Shown here piece by piece: positions 51,343-62,992 of a DNA stretch of 64,000 bases. Position 1 is the first letter of the stretch, and every line of letters starts with the position of its first letter. Origin of the DNA: Longimicrobiales bacterium (GTDB lineage Bacteria; Gemmatimonadota; Gemmatimonadetes; Longimicrobiales; Gaopeijiaceae); assembly GCA_965249725.1 (NCBI GenBank), contig CBDFMQ010000002.1, positions 2,688,001 to 2,752,000 of the forward strand. Direction: 5' to 3'. A program made the position numbers and the translations under genes. Below the pieces are notes generated by a model that did not search any database, was not told where the DNA came from, and saw only the letters and a program-made list of their open reading frames with translations.

Positions 51343-51829
51343 ATGAGCGGTACTTGGCTCATGACTGCACGATCGAACAAGGGACCCGGGATCCGAGACA
51401 GGAGTGGGATCCTCCTACGGATATGCGCCCTGCTCGGGCTGGGGGCACTCACCGGACTACCTGTGCTGTCCTGCTCCGACCCCTTAACCGAGACGTGCGC
51501 CTGCACGACGGAGTTCCGGTTCTTCACGGTCGAAGTGGTCGATGCCCAGGGCCAGCCGGCGACAGAGGTCGAGATCTCAGTGACGCGCCTCTCTGACGGG
51601 CAGGACCTCACGCCGCCCGACGAGATGGGGCTGAACCAACCGGGCGTCTACGTCATCCTCACGGACAACGCCCTCGGCGAAGTCACCGAAGCCGGGACCC
51701 TTGTCGAGGTGGTGGGAACGCGCGGGGACACCGGGTTTCGAGCACAGTTCGTCTTCAACCATGACGACTGCCGATGCCACGTGAGCCAGGTATCCGGTCC
51801 GGGCACGGTCCAGTTGGAGCCGCTCCCCT

Positions 51830-51831
<2 letters not shown>
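51343..51831 (+). CDS. Cys-rich lipoprotein
   Basis: VLSC lipobox, CACTTEF, DDCRCHV; start uncertain. Confidence 0.6.
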
Positions 51832-53847
<2,016 letters not shown>

Positions 53848-53888
53848 CTAACGTTCGCTCGGTTGTGGGTGACGAAGGTACGAGAGTC

Positions 53889-54206
53889 CTACCCGTCCCC
53901 CTCCATCAGCGTGAGGACGATCCTCTCGATCGCCCCGTCCTCCTCCAACTGTTCGTTGACCCGTTCCAGCAGGGCCCCTTTCATGAAGCCCAACTCCATC
54001 AGCCAGGCGCTGCTCTTCACTTCCACGAAAAGCGTCGTCGCTACGACCGCCCTGGCGTTCGTCACGTTGGCGATCTTCTCACCTACCGCCGCGGCCCACG
54101 CATCGAGGGCACCGACGCGCCGGATCTGATTCCCGACACCACGCGGCTTGAGCACATCGTCGAGCAGATCCCCGACACGGACCGGGCCGCCGCCGGTCAC
54201 GCGCAA
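53889..54206 (-). CDS. DUF721/DciA family protein
   Basis: W..AVG.KIA, LFVEVKSSAW..EL; sits between recF and gyrB. Confidence 0.8.
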   Translation of the reverse strand: MRVTGGGPVRVGDLLDDVLKPRGVGNQIRRVGALDAWAAAVGEKIANVTNARAVVATTLFVEVKSSAWLMELGFMKGALLERVNEQLEEDGAIERIVLTLMEGDG

Positions 54207-55321
54207 ATCCGTCCGTCCCTAATGCCCCAGCGCGCCAGTCCGTCCCCTTGGAGTGGCACGTCGCTCTCCTTCGGCGCGGTGAGGATCACCTGGCCGAAAC
54301 GGCCATGGTCCATGAGGTGAAGCACACGCTCGCGACGGGCCTCGTCGAGTTCGGCGAACGCATCGTCCAACAGCAAAATCGGGTCCGTGCCTCGGGTCCG
54401 GCGGATGCAATCCCCTTCTACCAACCGGAGAGCCAATGCCGCGGTCCGTCGCTGTCCTCCTGAACCGAACTCACGCACCTCGGTCGTATGGGAACCGTCG
54501 GTCAAACTCAACAACAGTTCGTCGCGATGGGGTCCCGCACTGGTGTTGCGGAAACGGGCGTCGCGAGACCATCCGGCCTCCAGCGCCTCACGATACGCGT
54601 GGAGGACACCCTCTTCGTTCCAGCTTTCGACAGACACGTTGGGCACGTACTTCATGGCCGACGACGGTCCGCCACTCACAGCCTCATAGTAGCCCCGGAA
54701 CGCATCCTCCCACTCCTCCACCCACAGGAACCTGGCCAGCATCACGGTCGAAGCGGACGTGGCCAACGGCTCGTCCCAGGCTCGAACCACCGACGCCTGC
54801 TGATCACCCCTGAGCGCCGCGTTCCGCTGAGCGAGGACGTGCTTGTACTCCCGGAGGGAGGCCAGGTAACCGGGTTCGTTCAGGGAGAGAACGATGTCCA
54901 GGAAACGTCGCCGTGCGGACGGCCCCTCGTTTACGACGGCAACATCGGCTGGTGAGAAGATCACGGCCCCCAACAATCCGACGGCATCGCCGATTCGTGC
55001 CGGCTCGGCTCCGTCGACCGTCACCTTCCGGCGACCACTCGACGACTCGTACGCGGCAGCCACCTCCCTAGACCGGGCCTCGGTACCCTCCGGCGAGTCC
55101 AAGCAAGCCGACACCCGGAACACGTCTTCTCCGAAGGCGATGAGCTGCTCGGCGCGGGCTCCCCGGAACGACCTGAACGTCTCCAGATAGTAGATCGCTT
55201 CGAGCAGGTTGGACTTCCCTTGAGCGTTTGGGCCGACGATCGCCACCCCCTCCGACGGGAAGGTGAGCTCCTGATGCCCTAGGTTGCGAAAGAGCCGGAG
55301 CTTGAGCAGGCTCAGGTACAA
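54197..55321 (-). CDS. recF: DNA replication/repair protein RecF
   Basis: GPNAQGKSNLLEA, RRRFLD, GPHRD, SGGQRR, LLLDD. Confidence 0.95.
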   Translation of the reverse strand: MYLSLLKLRLFRNLGHQELTFPSEGVAIVGPNAQGKSNLLEAIYYLETFRSFRGARAEQLIAFGEDVFRVSACLDSPEGTEARSREVAAAYESSSGRRKVTVDGAEPARIGDAVGLLGAVIFSPADVAVVNEGPSARRRFLDIVLSLNEPGYLASLREYKHVLAQRNAALRGDQQASVVRAWDEPLATSASTVMLARFLWVEEWEDAFRGYYEAVSGGPSSAMKYVPNVSVESWNEEGVLHAYREALEAGWSRDARFRNTSAGPHRDELLLSLTDGSHTTEVREFGSGGQRRTAALALRLVEGDCIRRTRGTDPILLLDDAFAELDEARRERVLHLMDHGRFGQVILTAPKESDVPLQGDGLARWGIRDGRICA

Positions 55322-55439
55322 GGCGCAGGTGCCAAAAATGGCCTTTCAAGCATGGGAGAATTTAACGATTTCCTAGGGTTCCAGCCACCCCTGTGAGACG
55401 TCGAAATCCCTTATGGTGCGCCCGTTTCCGGGCCCGCAC

Positions 55440-56225
55440 TCACTCGCCCTCGAAAGCCGGTTTCCTCTTCTCCAGGAACGCTGTCATCCCCTCCTTCATA
55501 TCGTCCGTCGACGCGAGGAGTCCGAAGAGTGCCGACTCGAAGCTCTGCGCATCGGCCGGAGCCGAGTCCTGGGCGAGATAGATGGACTCCAGCGCCATGC
55601 GAACCGCCACCGGACCGTTCTTGGTAATGCCCCGCGCGAAGGTCTTCGCCTGGTCTAGCAGCTCCTCCTGGGGATACACGGCGCTGACGAGCCCGATGCG
55701 CTCCGCCTTCGCCGCATCGACCATCGCTCCCGTGAGCGTCATCTCGACGGCCCTGCCCAGCCCGACCAAGCGAGAGAGCCTCAGGGTCCCGCCATACCCC
55801 GGGATGATGCCGAGCCCCACTTCAGGAAGTCCGAACTTGGCATTCTCGCTCGCTACCCGAAGGTGGCACGCCAGGGCGAGCTCGCACCCCCCGCCCAACG
55901 CATACCCTCCCACGGCTGCGAGCACCGGCTTGGGAAAGCGTTCGATCTCGGCGAAGATCCGCTGGCCGTCACGACTCACCTGAACACCACCTAGTGGGCT
56001 CATCTTGGCGAGTTCGCCGATGTCGGCACCGGCCACGAACGCCTTGTCTCCCGCTCCCGTCAGAATGACGCCCCGCACGTCGTCGTCATCCCGTAGGTCG
56101 CGGAAGACGGCGCCCAACTCACGGACGACCTCGGCATTCAAAGCGTTCAACTTGTCGGGACGGTCGATCACCACGATCGCTAAGTCGCCGTCCCACTCCA
56201 CACGGATGTATTGAAGGTCGCTCAT
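55440..56225 (-). CDS. Enoyl-CoA hydratase (crotonase)
   Basis: AFVAGADI, ALGGGCEL, FGLPEV.LG.IPG.GG. Confidence 0.92.
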   Translation of the reverse strand: MSDLQYIRVEWDGDLAIVVIDRPDKLNALNAEVVRELGAVFRDLRDDDDVRGVILTGAGDKAFVAGADIGELAKMSPLGGVQVSRDGQRIFAEIERFPKPVLAAVGGYALGGGCELALACHLRVASENAKFGLPEVGLGIIPGYGGTLRLSRLVGLGRAVEMTLTGAMVDAAKAERIGLVSAVYPQEELLDQAKTFARGITKNGPVAVRMALESIYLAQDSAPADAQSFESALFGLLASTDDMKEGMTAFLEKRKPAFEGE

Positions 56226-56418
56226 AGCCTGACTCGGTCGTTTCGGAATCGCATCGGTAGGCGCCGTCGGCCGGCGCGGGCACTCGGAAAGCTAGGAGGG
56301 GGCTGTGGGTGCCGCCACCCGGCCATAGCGCCCGGTTCCGGCCTTTGGTACTTTGGGCTCCGCCCGGCATCCGAGCCGGATCACGCCCCGCATTTGAAAC
56401 GCCAAGGAGTACTCTGAA

Positions 56419-56862
56419 ATGAGCCGGTCCCTCAACAAGGTCATGCTCATCGGTAACGTCGGAAGTGAGCCTGAGATTCGCGCCACGTCGTCGGGCAGTC
56501 GCGTAGCAAAGCTGTCACTGGCGACCAACCGACAGTGGAAAGACGGCTCCGGGCAGCAGCAGGAGAAGACCGAATGGCACCGGCTCACCTTCTTCGGTCG
56601 GCTCGTCGACATCGTGGAGCAGTGGGTGAAGAAGGGTGATCGCCTGTACGCCGAGGGGCGCGTCGAGTACTCGCAGACCGAGAAAGACGGCCAAACCCGC
56701 TACTGGACCGACATCGTCGTCTCAGAGATGGTGATGTTGGGTTCTACGGGTGGCGGTGGTGGCGGCGGCAGCGGTGGTGGTGGTGGTGGGTTCGGAGGCG
56801 CGCCCCCGAGCCAGGCACCGTCCGCTCCGATCGCGGAACCCGACGACGACCTTCCGTTCTGA
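56419..56862 (+). CDS. ssb: Single-stranded DNA-binding protein
   Basis: NKVMLIGN, TEWHR, Gly-rich linker, DDDLPF tail. Confidence 0.97.
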   Translation: MSRSLNKVMLIGNVGSEPEIRATSSGSRVAKLSLATNRQWKDGSGQQQEKTEWHRLTFFGRLVDIVEQWVKKGDRLYAEGRVEYSQTEKDGQTRYWTDIVVSEMVMLGSTGGGGGGGSGGGGGGFGGAPPSQAPSAPIAEPDDDLPF

Positions 56863-56887
56863 TCGCGGACCGGTCGGCCGAAGCTTC

Positions 56888-57238
56888 CTAAGAGTCGAGC
56901 GCCTCTTTCAGATCGCTCTCCCAAAGGCCGAGGAAATGAGCCTCGTACTGCGCGGGGTTGCGGGCGTAGTCCTCTGCCCAAGCGTCATAAGGCGGAAGAG
57001 CCAAGCGACGTGAAACACCCGACGTAGCCAGGTGGACCATTCGCTCATACGTGGGCTCGCCCTGGCCCCCCTCCAAGCGATGGGCCTCTTCTGCGAGCAC
57101 ATAGATCTCGTCGGGCGACAATAGGAGCAGGTGCTCGGCTACCTGAGCCGAACAGTACTCCAGGTACTTCGCCCGCAAGACCACGTCCGGCTCGTCTTCC
57201 TGTTCCTGAGGGGGGGTCTTGGGATCGGCGTCACTCAC
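56888..57238 (-). CDS. Hypothetical protein, stand-alone domain A
   Basis: RBS GGAGG; LRAKYLEYC..Q...LPPYDAWAEDY. Confidence 0.75.
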   Translation of the reverse strand: MSDADPKTPPQEQEDEPDVVLRAKYLEYCSAQVAEHLLLLSPDEIYVLAEEAHRLEGGQGEPTYERMVHLATSGVSRRLALPPYDAWAEDYARNPAQYEAHFLGLWESDLKEALDS

Positions 57239-57458
57239 GCCCGGCCTCCCGACTGACTCTCAGGCCCCTGTTGCGTACCGCCCTTCGGCACGCAAATCCT
57301 GGCCCGTCTTATGGTTACGTATTAGTGGAGGCGCTGCGTAGGGTCAAGGCCCGGGTGAAATACGTCGCAGTCGAAACAGGCTTGGGGCGGGGAGTCGCGA
57401 GGCTGCGTGTGAGACGCCGCAACGAATGGGGGAGACGCTGAAGGAGGAGGGCGACGCC

Positions 57459-57662
57459 CTAGGTGGCGAGTTGCGTCTGAGCGTCGCCGTCGTCGGGACT
57501 CTCACCCCGTTCACGCAAGTGACGATAGATCGATCGGCGGGTGAGTCCGTACAGCACGACCCGGCTCAGAAACTCCGGATCCGTCTTCTGGACTTCTTCC
57601 GCCTGCTCCGCAATATCACGAGGAAGTTGGACCTTGAGTTGAACGGAGCAGGTTTCCCACAT
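57459..57662 (-). CDS. Small protein, possible ribbon-helix-helix regulator
   Basis: Alternating strand VQLKVQLP followed by two helices; RBS GGAGAGG; upstream promoter. Confidence 0.65.
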   Translation of the reverse strand: MWETCSVQLKVQLPRDIAEQAEEVQKTDPEFLSRVVLYGLTRRSIYRHLRERGESPDDGDAQTQLAT

Positions 57663-57782
57663 GCGCGTACCTCTCCCACGATCTGATGGTTGAAATTTCT
57701 TGGAATGTTAGCAGGGATCGGATGATCCCACTGCAATCCAATGTCGTCTGGAAGGGCGAATTTATTTCTTCGAGGCGATCCC

Positions 57783-57811
57783 AGTATACAGGTCGTTTTC
57801 GATGGACGCAA
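57783..57811 (-). promoter_or_regulatory. Sigma70-like promoter for the 57459-57662 gene
   Basis: TTGCGT-N17-TATACT on the minus strand. Confidence 0.65.
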
Positions 57812-58013
57812 GCCTTTTCCAGAGTTGTCGTGTGCCCAACGTAATCTTGTAACTTGTTGCACCACAAAGACTTATGAATGCCCATTTTTGGACAAAACCG
57901 GCTGTTCCTCACCACGCCACGGCAACGTTGTTTCCTGATTCCCCGATTTGGAAAACCAGCAACGATAGGCACTTACGGAATTGAGGTCACCGGAAATCTG
58001 CCCCAGGACTGGT

Positions 58014-58037
58014 GTTCATTTTTTGCAAAAAATGAAC
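58014..58037. promoter_or_regulatory. Perfect 24-bp palindrome
   Basis: gttcattttttgcaaaaaatgaac. Confidence 0.6.
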
Positions 58038-58678
58038 TACGGCAGAGTGGACCTGAGGAAGGCGGTGAGTGTGGCCGAAGTGAACGACAGAAACCGGTCG
58101 CGGAGGTCTTGGAGCTCATCCTCGCAGAAGATGTCGCTGGTCCTGACGGAGGATTCAGCGGAGCCTCGATGGAAGCGAACGTACCCTCGCCAGAGGTCCT
58201 CGTCTCTGTAGACTTCGAGCGAGGCCTGCCAACGACGCGAGGCGTGCTCGACCTCCCTGACTTCGACCGTGACCGGCTCGGAGGGCTCGCCGGCATGGGG
58301 GTACGGCGCGCCCGCCTTGAGGTGGGCGAGGCGATGGGATTCGTAGTCCACCAACCAAACGTCGAACGACGGTAGTGGCAGCAGCTCGCGGCAGAAGCGA
58401 TGGAGCGTGGCCATGGGGTCCTTCGATTCGTGCAGACCGTGGTCCATCGCCCACTCTCTCGCCTCTCGATAGAGCGGGCGCACACCTTCGCGCGGCATCA
58501 GTTCCACGAGCCCTGCGGCTTGCCGCTGACAATACTCCGCGTACCTCCGCCTCAACGCCGAGGCGGTCGCGGGACGACCTGCCGCAGCCGGGGAACCCGA
58601 CGTCGGCGTCGGGGGACGCGACGTCGCACTCCGGCGCCCCGCTCTCACTCCTCGAATACGGTCCCGTTGCATCGCCAT
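58037..58678 (-). CDS. Hypothetical protein, domain A-domain B
   Basis: LRRRYAEYC..Q...LPSFDVWLVDY, then WRGYVRF...VRTSDIFCE. Confidence 0.75.
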   Translation of the reverse strand: MAMQRDRIRGVRAGRRSATSRPPTPTSGSPAAAGRPATASALRRRYAEYCQRQAAGLVELMPREGVRPLYREAREWAMDHGLHESKDPMATLHRFCRELLPLPSFDVWLVDYESHRLAHLKAGAPYPHAGEPSEPVTVEVREVEHASRRWQASLEVYRDEDLWRGYVRFHRGSAESSVRTSDIFCEDELQDLRDRFLSFTSATLTAFLRSTLP

Positions 58679-58698
58679 CGGTCGCGTCGGCCGCGGGC

Positions 58699-59610
58699 TC
58701 AGTGCACCGTACCACCGCCGACGGCGGCAGCATGGGTCCGAAGGGGCTCCGCCTTTACACGCCGCTCGCGGACGAACAGTCGGGCCAACGTCTCACGCGA
58801 GCCGAACGTGGACAGATGGTGCTCGACCGCCTTGAACCGACCCGGCTCGAAGCGGGCCAGGAGGCGGCCCAAGCCACGGCGGATGGTCACGAGCTCCTCC
58901 CGGGCCTCGGCCAAGGTCACCGGCAGGTTGAGGCGGACCTGGTATTGCACCGAGCCGCCCTCGTGGCCTTCCGTGATTCGCAGAACTTCACTATGGGGAA
59001 ACGCCTCGAGGACCGCCGCCTCTAGGTTCGCGTCCGGCTCGGGGGAAGGAGCACGGAAGATCAGCGCGTTGGCGTCGTAGTCCAGATAGGCTCGCGTGAT
59101 CCGGTGCTCCCCCGAGACGATCCGCACCGACGTGCCCTCGTGGAAGTCCAGGTCTCGACAGATGTCACGAAAACCGATTCGGAGGATGGAGGGACGGGTC
59201 AACGGACCGTATCCCACGCGACCGAGCAGGCTCAGAGCCATCTGGAAGCAGTACGCCCCCAGGGGGCCTCCATGCTCGTCCGCCTCACCGACGGCACGCT
59301 CCCTGATGAGGCTGTTCACATGCTCCAGCGTCGGCTCGTAAACCCAGTCCAGCACCACCAGCTCGGAGCTGAGGTCGAGCATCTTGACCGTGGAACTCCC
59401 GAGGTCCAGCACCTCTGCCGACGACGCAAAGCGGCCCTCCAGCACCAATGCCAACCCGATATCCTGAATCCTCCCACCAGGAGGATCGATCTCATGGAGA
59501 TCCCGGTACTGAACCACAGCCCGAGTGAGCGGAAGCTCGCAAATTCCGGGCACATCGGCCATCGCCTCCGGCCGCGCCTCAGACTGCAGTGAAAGGCTCG
59601 TCGCGTTCAT
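58699..59610 (-). CDS. Hypothetical protein
   Basis: Long ORF, RBS GAGGGAG, globular composition; no recognisable motif. Confidence 0.7.
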   Translation of the reverse strand: MNATSLSLQSEARPEAMADVPGICELPLTRAVVQYRDLHEIDPPGGRIQDIGLALVLEGRFASSAEVLDLGSSTVKMLDLSSELVVLDWVYEPTLEHVNSLIRERAVGEADEHGGPLGAYCFQMALSLLGRVGYGPLTRPSILRIGFRDICRDLDFHEGTSVRIVSGEHRITRAYLDYDANALIFRAPSPEPDANLEAAVLEAFPHSEVLRITEGHEGGSVQYQVRLNLPVTLAEAREELVTIRRGLGRLLARFEPGRFKAVEHHLSTFGSRETLARLFVRERRVKAEPLRTHAAAVGGGTVH

Positions 59611-59731
59611 CGTGTCTCCCTCTGACGTAAAACGCCCCCAGTGCCGGCAGGCCGGCCCACGAGGGCGATTCCGCGAGTCTGGGGCATACGACGCCCTTGA
59701 CACTCGTTCGACGATCTTCTTACTTTTCCCG

Positions 59732-59810
59732 TAGCGAACGAGGAAAAGCGGGTCGCCACCCGTGTGTTCCAGCGAGAGTCTCGGTGCCAGCCGGGACTCT
59801 CAATTTTTTT
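59732..59810 (+). ncRNA. Candidate sRNA 1
   Basis: TTGACA(59697)-N18-TACTTT promoter; hairpin 59749-59762; terminator stem 59774-59801 plus T7. Confidence 0.55.
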
Positions 59811-59856
59811 CTGGGTATGTCTCGCCCGACCGGCACCACATCGTGGCTGACCGGGC

Positions 59857-59951
59857 AAAAAAACCCGGCATTCTCGCCGGGTTTCGTCTGCGCTCCCAAC
59901 GGCCATCATTGACCGTAGGATGCGGTTTTTCGGGGCTTTCCATGCCCCGAC
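59857..59951 (-). ncRNA. Candidate sRNA 2
   Basis: TTGCCA(59987-59982)-N18-TATCGT with extended TG; two hairpins; terminator aaacccggc/gccgggttt plus T tract. Confidence 0.55.
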
Positions 59952-60128
59952 GTTCCCACGATAACAATATGTTTACCATTCTGGCAAGACGTTTCTCACC
60001 GTGGGCAGAACCGCGGCGTTCGTCTTCCTTGCCCCCAATGACGCGCGCGGACATCTTGGGAATCGTCACGCTGCGCACGGCTGCTCGGCAATCCTCCGTG
60101 CCCCTGAGCACCTCACACGATAGAGAAC

Positions 60129-60821
60129 TTGGCCGAACACGCCTTAATCGATCGCGCGCGCCAACGTTCGCTCGGGTTTCTGGAATCGGACGGTGAGAAC
60201 TGGGCCTGCTTTCTCATCACCTTCCAGGGCCGGGACAGCCAGTGGCATGGCCACCTTTCGTTCCGCCCCCGTGACAGCGAAGGCGAGGTGGACGAGGTCC
60301 GCACGGCGGACATCTTCATCGAGGCCTGCGAGTCGGATATCGACCAGAAGGCGAGAGGGCTCGGCCGACCGCTCATTCGGGCACTGTTTTCCTCTGCTCT
60401 CCACGCCCAGAAGCGGGACGAGGCAGAGTCGCCCAAGCTGCGCAAATGGTTTCGGACACTGCTCTCGGAGAACTCCCAGGAAATGGCGGCGGCAGCGGGA
60501 GCCTGCCTTGAGGATCCGTCCCAAGCCGATGTTGCGGAGCTTCGATCCCTGTACGATTCCTACCGGCTGGATCAGGTCTGTCACTTCATCGCGCTGCTCA
60601 AGCCCGATGACTTCGAGTCCGCGGTGGATCGCATCCTCGAAGGGCAGGCCGTCGACTTCGGGGCGAAGGATCGGCTCCAGCTTGCCATGATGGTCGTGGA
60701 GTACATCGAGAGCCGCATCCCCATGCCGCCTTTCGAGGTCTGGACGGCCGATTTCCTGGCCAACCGGGAGGAGTACCTCCTCTACGCCCACACGCTCCAT
60801 CGCGAGGGAAGACTTCCCTAG
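60129..60821 (+). CDS. Hypothetical protein, domain B-domain A
   Basis: WHGHLSF...VRTADIFIE, then [10 protein letters not shown]...[11 protein letters not shown]. Confidence 0.75.
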   Translation: MAEHALIDRARQRSLGFLESDGENWACFLITFQGRDSQWHGHLSFRPRDSEGEVDEVRTADIFIEACESDIDQKARGLGRPLIRALFSSALHAQKRDEAESPKLRKWFRTLLSENSQEMAAAAGACLEDPSQADVAELRSLYDSYRLDQVCHFIALLKPDDFESAVDRILEGQAVDFGAKDRLQLAMMVVEYIESRIPMPPFEVWTADFLANREEYLLYAHTLHREGRLP

Positions 60822-60886
60822 TCGACCTACCTCCACTATTTTTTTGGCTCTTGGCTTTGGAGTTTCACCAGAGGAGAGCACTTCTC

Positions 60887-61084
60887 TTGGAAGTAACCAT
60901 TCAGGACAACGAGAGCCTCGAGCGAGCGCTCCGGCGGTTCAAACGTAAAGTACAGAGATCGGGACTCTACTCGGAGCTCCGTAAGCGTCGCTTCTACGAG
61001 AAGCCCAGTGCCCAGCGGAAGCGGAAGCGCGAGGCCGCGATCCGACGAGAGCGCCGGCGCCAGCGACGGGGCAAGCGCCCCTAA
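60887..61084 (+). CDS. rpsU: 30S ribosomal protein S21
   Basis: [13 protein letters not shown]...[11 protein letters not shown] start after AGGAG. Confidence 0.95.
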   Translation: MEVTIQDNESLERALRRFKRKVQRSGLYSELRKRRFYEKPSAQRKRKREAAIRRERRRQRRGKRP

Positions 61085-61124
61085 CCCGCGCCCACGTCTC
61101 GGGCCTGCAAAGCCAGCACCAAGC

Positions 61125-61158
61125 AAACGGCGACCCACTCGGGTCACCGTTTTTTTTT
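61125..61158 (+). terminator. Intrinsic terminator after rpsU
   Basis: aaacggcgaccc-actc-gggtcaccgttt plus T tract. Confidence 0.85.
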
Positions 61159-61183
61159 GTTATGGAAGCCCCGTTGGGCTGTC

Positions 61184-61975
61184 TTACGCAGCCCGGACGA
61201 AGAGAGGACCCAGGTCAGCCCAGCGGCTGAGGTAGTCCGGGGTAAGCAGCTCGCGACTGATCCGCGTCAGTACGTGCAGACGTCCCTCGAGAGTCGAGGC
61301 GTCCGATAGCGTCAGGCCCGTCAGCGAACGGAACGCCCGGCAGAGGTTGCCGTTGCTCGAGTACCCCAAGTGAAACGCCACCCTGGCCGTGGTCATATCG
61401 TGCCGGTTGAGCAGTTCGCTCGCACAGAGAGCCCGCAGCCGAGTCGTATACGCGAACGGCGACGGCAGGTCTCGCCGCCGGAAACGCGCCTTGAGTGCCC
61501 CTGATGTGAGGCCGACCGCCTCCGCCACCTCGTCGAGGCGAGCGTACTTGGACGGAAACTCCAATGTTCTCCGTCCGAGGGCGCTCAGTTCAGGCGGCAG
61601 AGAATGCCCCGCAGCCCGGCCGAGGTCCCGTAGGAGCCCTTCCACCCAATCGATCGGAAGCGCCGCCTCGTTGATCAGATGGCGCATCCTGGCCGGAGCC
61701 GTATCGATCCGCTGAATCGCTATGGCCGACCGCGAGCGGCGCAGTCCCGGGAGCTCGAGCGGCGCCAGTTCCAGCACCGGAAGATGGGAGCCGGCGGCTC
61801 TGAGCAGCCCCTCCACGCCCCCCTCCACGCCGCGTTCGATGACGGAAACCCTCGGGAAACCCGACTGGAGGGCCGCCGACACATCTTCCGCACGCCAAAA
61901 CACGTCCTCGGCGGGGAAGGCTGCCCTCCGGACGGAATGGAGCAGGAACGGGTTCTCAACGGCTGCGAGGATCAT
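61184..61975 (-). CDS. AraC family transcriptional regulator
   Basis: LDEVAEAVGLT..ALKARF; VAFHLGYSS..NLCRAFRSLTG. Confidence 0.8.
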   Translation of the reverse strand: MILAAVENPFLLHSVRRAAFPAEDVFWRAEDVSAALQSGFPRVSVIERGVEGGVEGLLRAAGSHLPVLELAPLELPGLRRSRSAIAIQRIDTAPARMRHLINEAALPIDWVEGLLRDLGRAAGHSLPPELSALGRRTLEFPSKYARLDEVAEAVGLTSGALKARFRRRDLPSPFAYTTRLRALCASELLNRHDMTTARVAFHLGYSSNGNLCRAFRSLTGLTLSDASTLEGRLHVLTRISRELLTPDYLSRWADLGPLFVRAA

Positions 61976-62036
61976 ACTTCAATACTGTAAACGCACCGGG
62001 AGCCGGGCAAGCTTCAAGAACTGCGCTCGTCGTCCC

Positions 62037-62915
62037 TCAGATCGGCAGGGGCGTCGGCTGCTCTCCAGACCAGTCGTAGAATCCCTGGCCGGTCTTCCTC
62101 CCGTAGCGTCCCATGGCAACGATCCGCTTGAGCAGCGGGGGCGGCGCGTAGCGCTCCTCTCGATACTCGTCGAACATGATCTCCGAGATGCGGTAGAGCG
62201 TGTCGATGCCCACGAAATCGCACAGTACGAACGGACCCATGGGGTAGCCGAGGCCGAGCGTCATCGCCTTGTCCATATCCACGATGCTAGCGACACCGCG
62301 CTCGAGCTGCCTTATGGCGTCGAGCATATAGGGCACGAGGAGTAGGTTCACCACGAAGCCCGAGTTGTCTTTCGCCGTAATGGGGTCCTTGCCGAGCGCC
62401 GCGGCGAACGCGAACGCGGCGTCGAAGGCCTCGTCACTGGTCGCGATGGTACGCACGACCTCGACGAGCTTCATGACCGGTACCGGGTTGAAGAAGTGAA
62501 GACCCACTACCCTGTCGGGCCGCCCCGTGCCCGCCGCCATATCCGTGATGGGCAGCGAAGACGTGTTCGAAGCGAAGATCGTGTCGGCTCCACAGAGTTC
62601 GTCGAGCGCCGAGAAAAGCTCGTTCTTCGCATCCATGTCCTCCACGATGGCCTCGATCACGAGATCCCGGTCAGCGAGGTCCGCCAGCTCGGTCGTGAAA
62701 CGAATGCGGCCCCAGGCCGCGTCCCGATCGGCGCCCTCGAGCTTACCCTTGTCGACCGCCCGATCCAACGACTTCTTGATCCTCGCCTGGCCCGCTTCCA
62801 GGAATTCGGCGGTAACCTCACGAACGACAACGTCGAAGCCCTTCTTGGCGGCCACTTCGGCGATCCCGCTCCCCATGAGACCGCAACCGACTACGCCCAC
62901 TTTCTCTATGCTCAC
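62037..62915 (-). CDS. hbd: 3-hydroxybutyryl-CoA dehydrogenase
   Basis: GVVGCGLMGSGIA, IEAIVE, ASNTSS, GLHFFNP, GYPMGP. Confidence 0.92.
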   Translation of the reverse strand: MSIEKVGVVGCGLMGSGIAEVAAKKGFDVVVREVTAEFLEAGQARIKKSLDRAVDKGKLEGADRDAAWGRIRFTTELADLADRDLVIEAIVEDMDAKNELFSALDELCGADTIFASNTSSLPITDMAAGTGRPDRVVGLHFFNPVPVMKLVEVVRTIATSDEAFDAAFAFAAALGKDPITAKDNSGFVVNLLLVPYMLDAIRQLERGVASIVDMDKAMTLGLGYPMGPFVLCDFVGIDTLYRISEIMFDEYREERYAPPPLLKRIVAMGRYGRKTGQGFYDWSGEQPTPLPI

Positions 62916-62992
62916 TGGTCCTCCAGTTGATTAGGTGCGTCGGGACGACGAAGGACCGTCGATTCGTCGGTCGGTCCCGAGCACTCGTTCGT

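Noticed and set aside
57662..58037. oriC
   Set aside because: AT-rich and near gyrB/recF, but I found no clear TTATCCACA boxes and no dnaA
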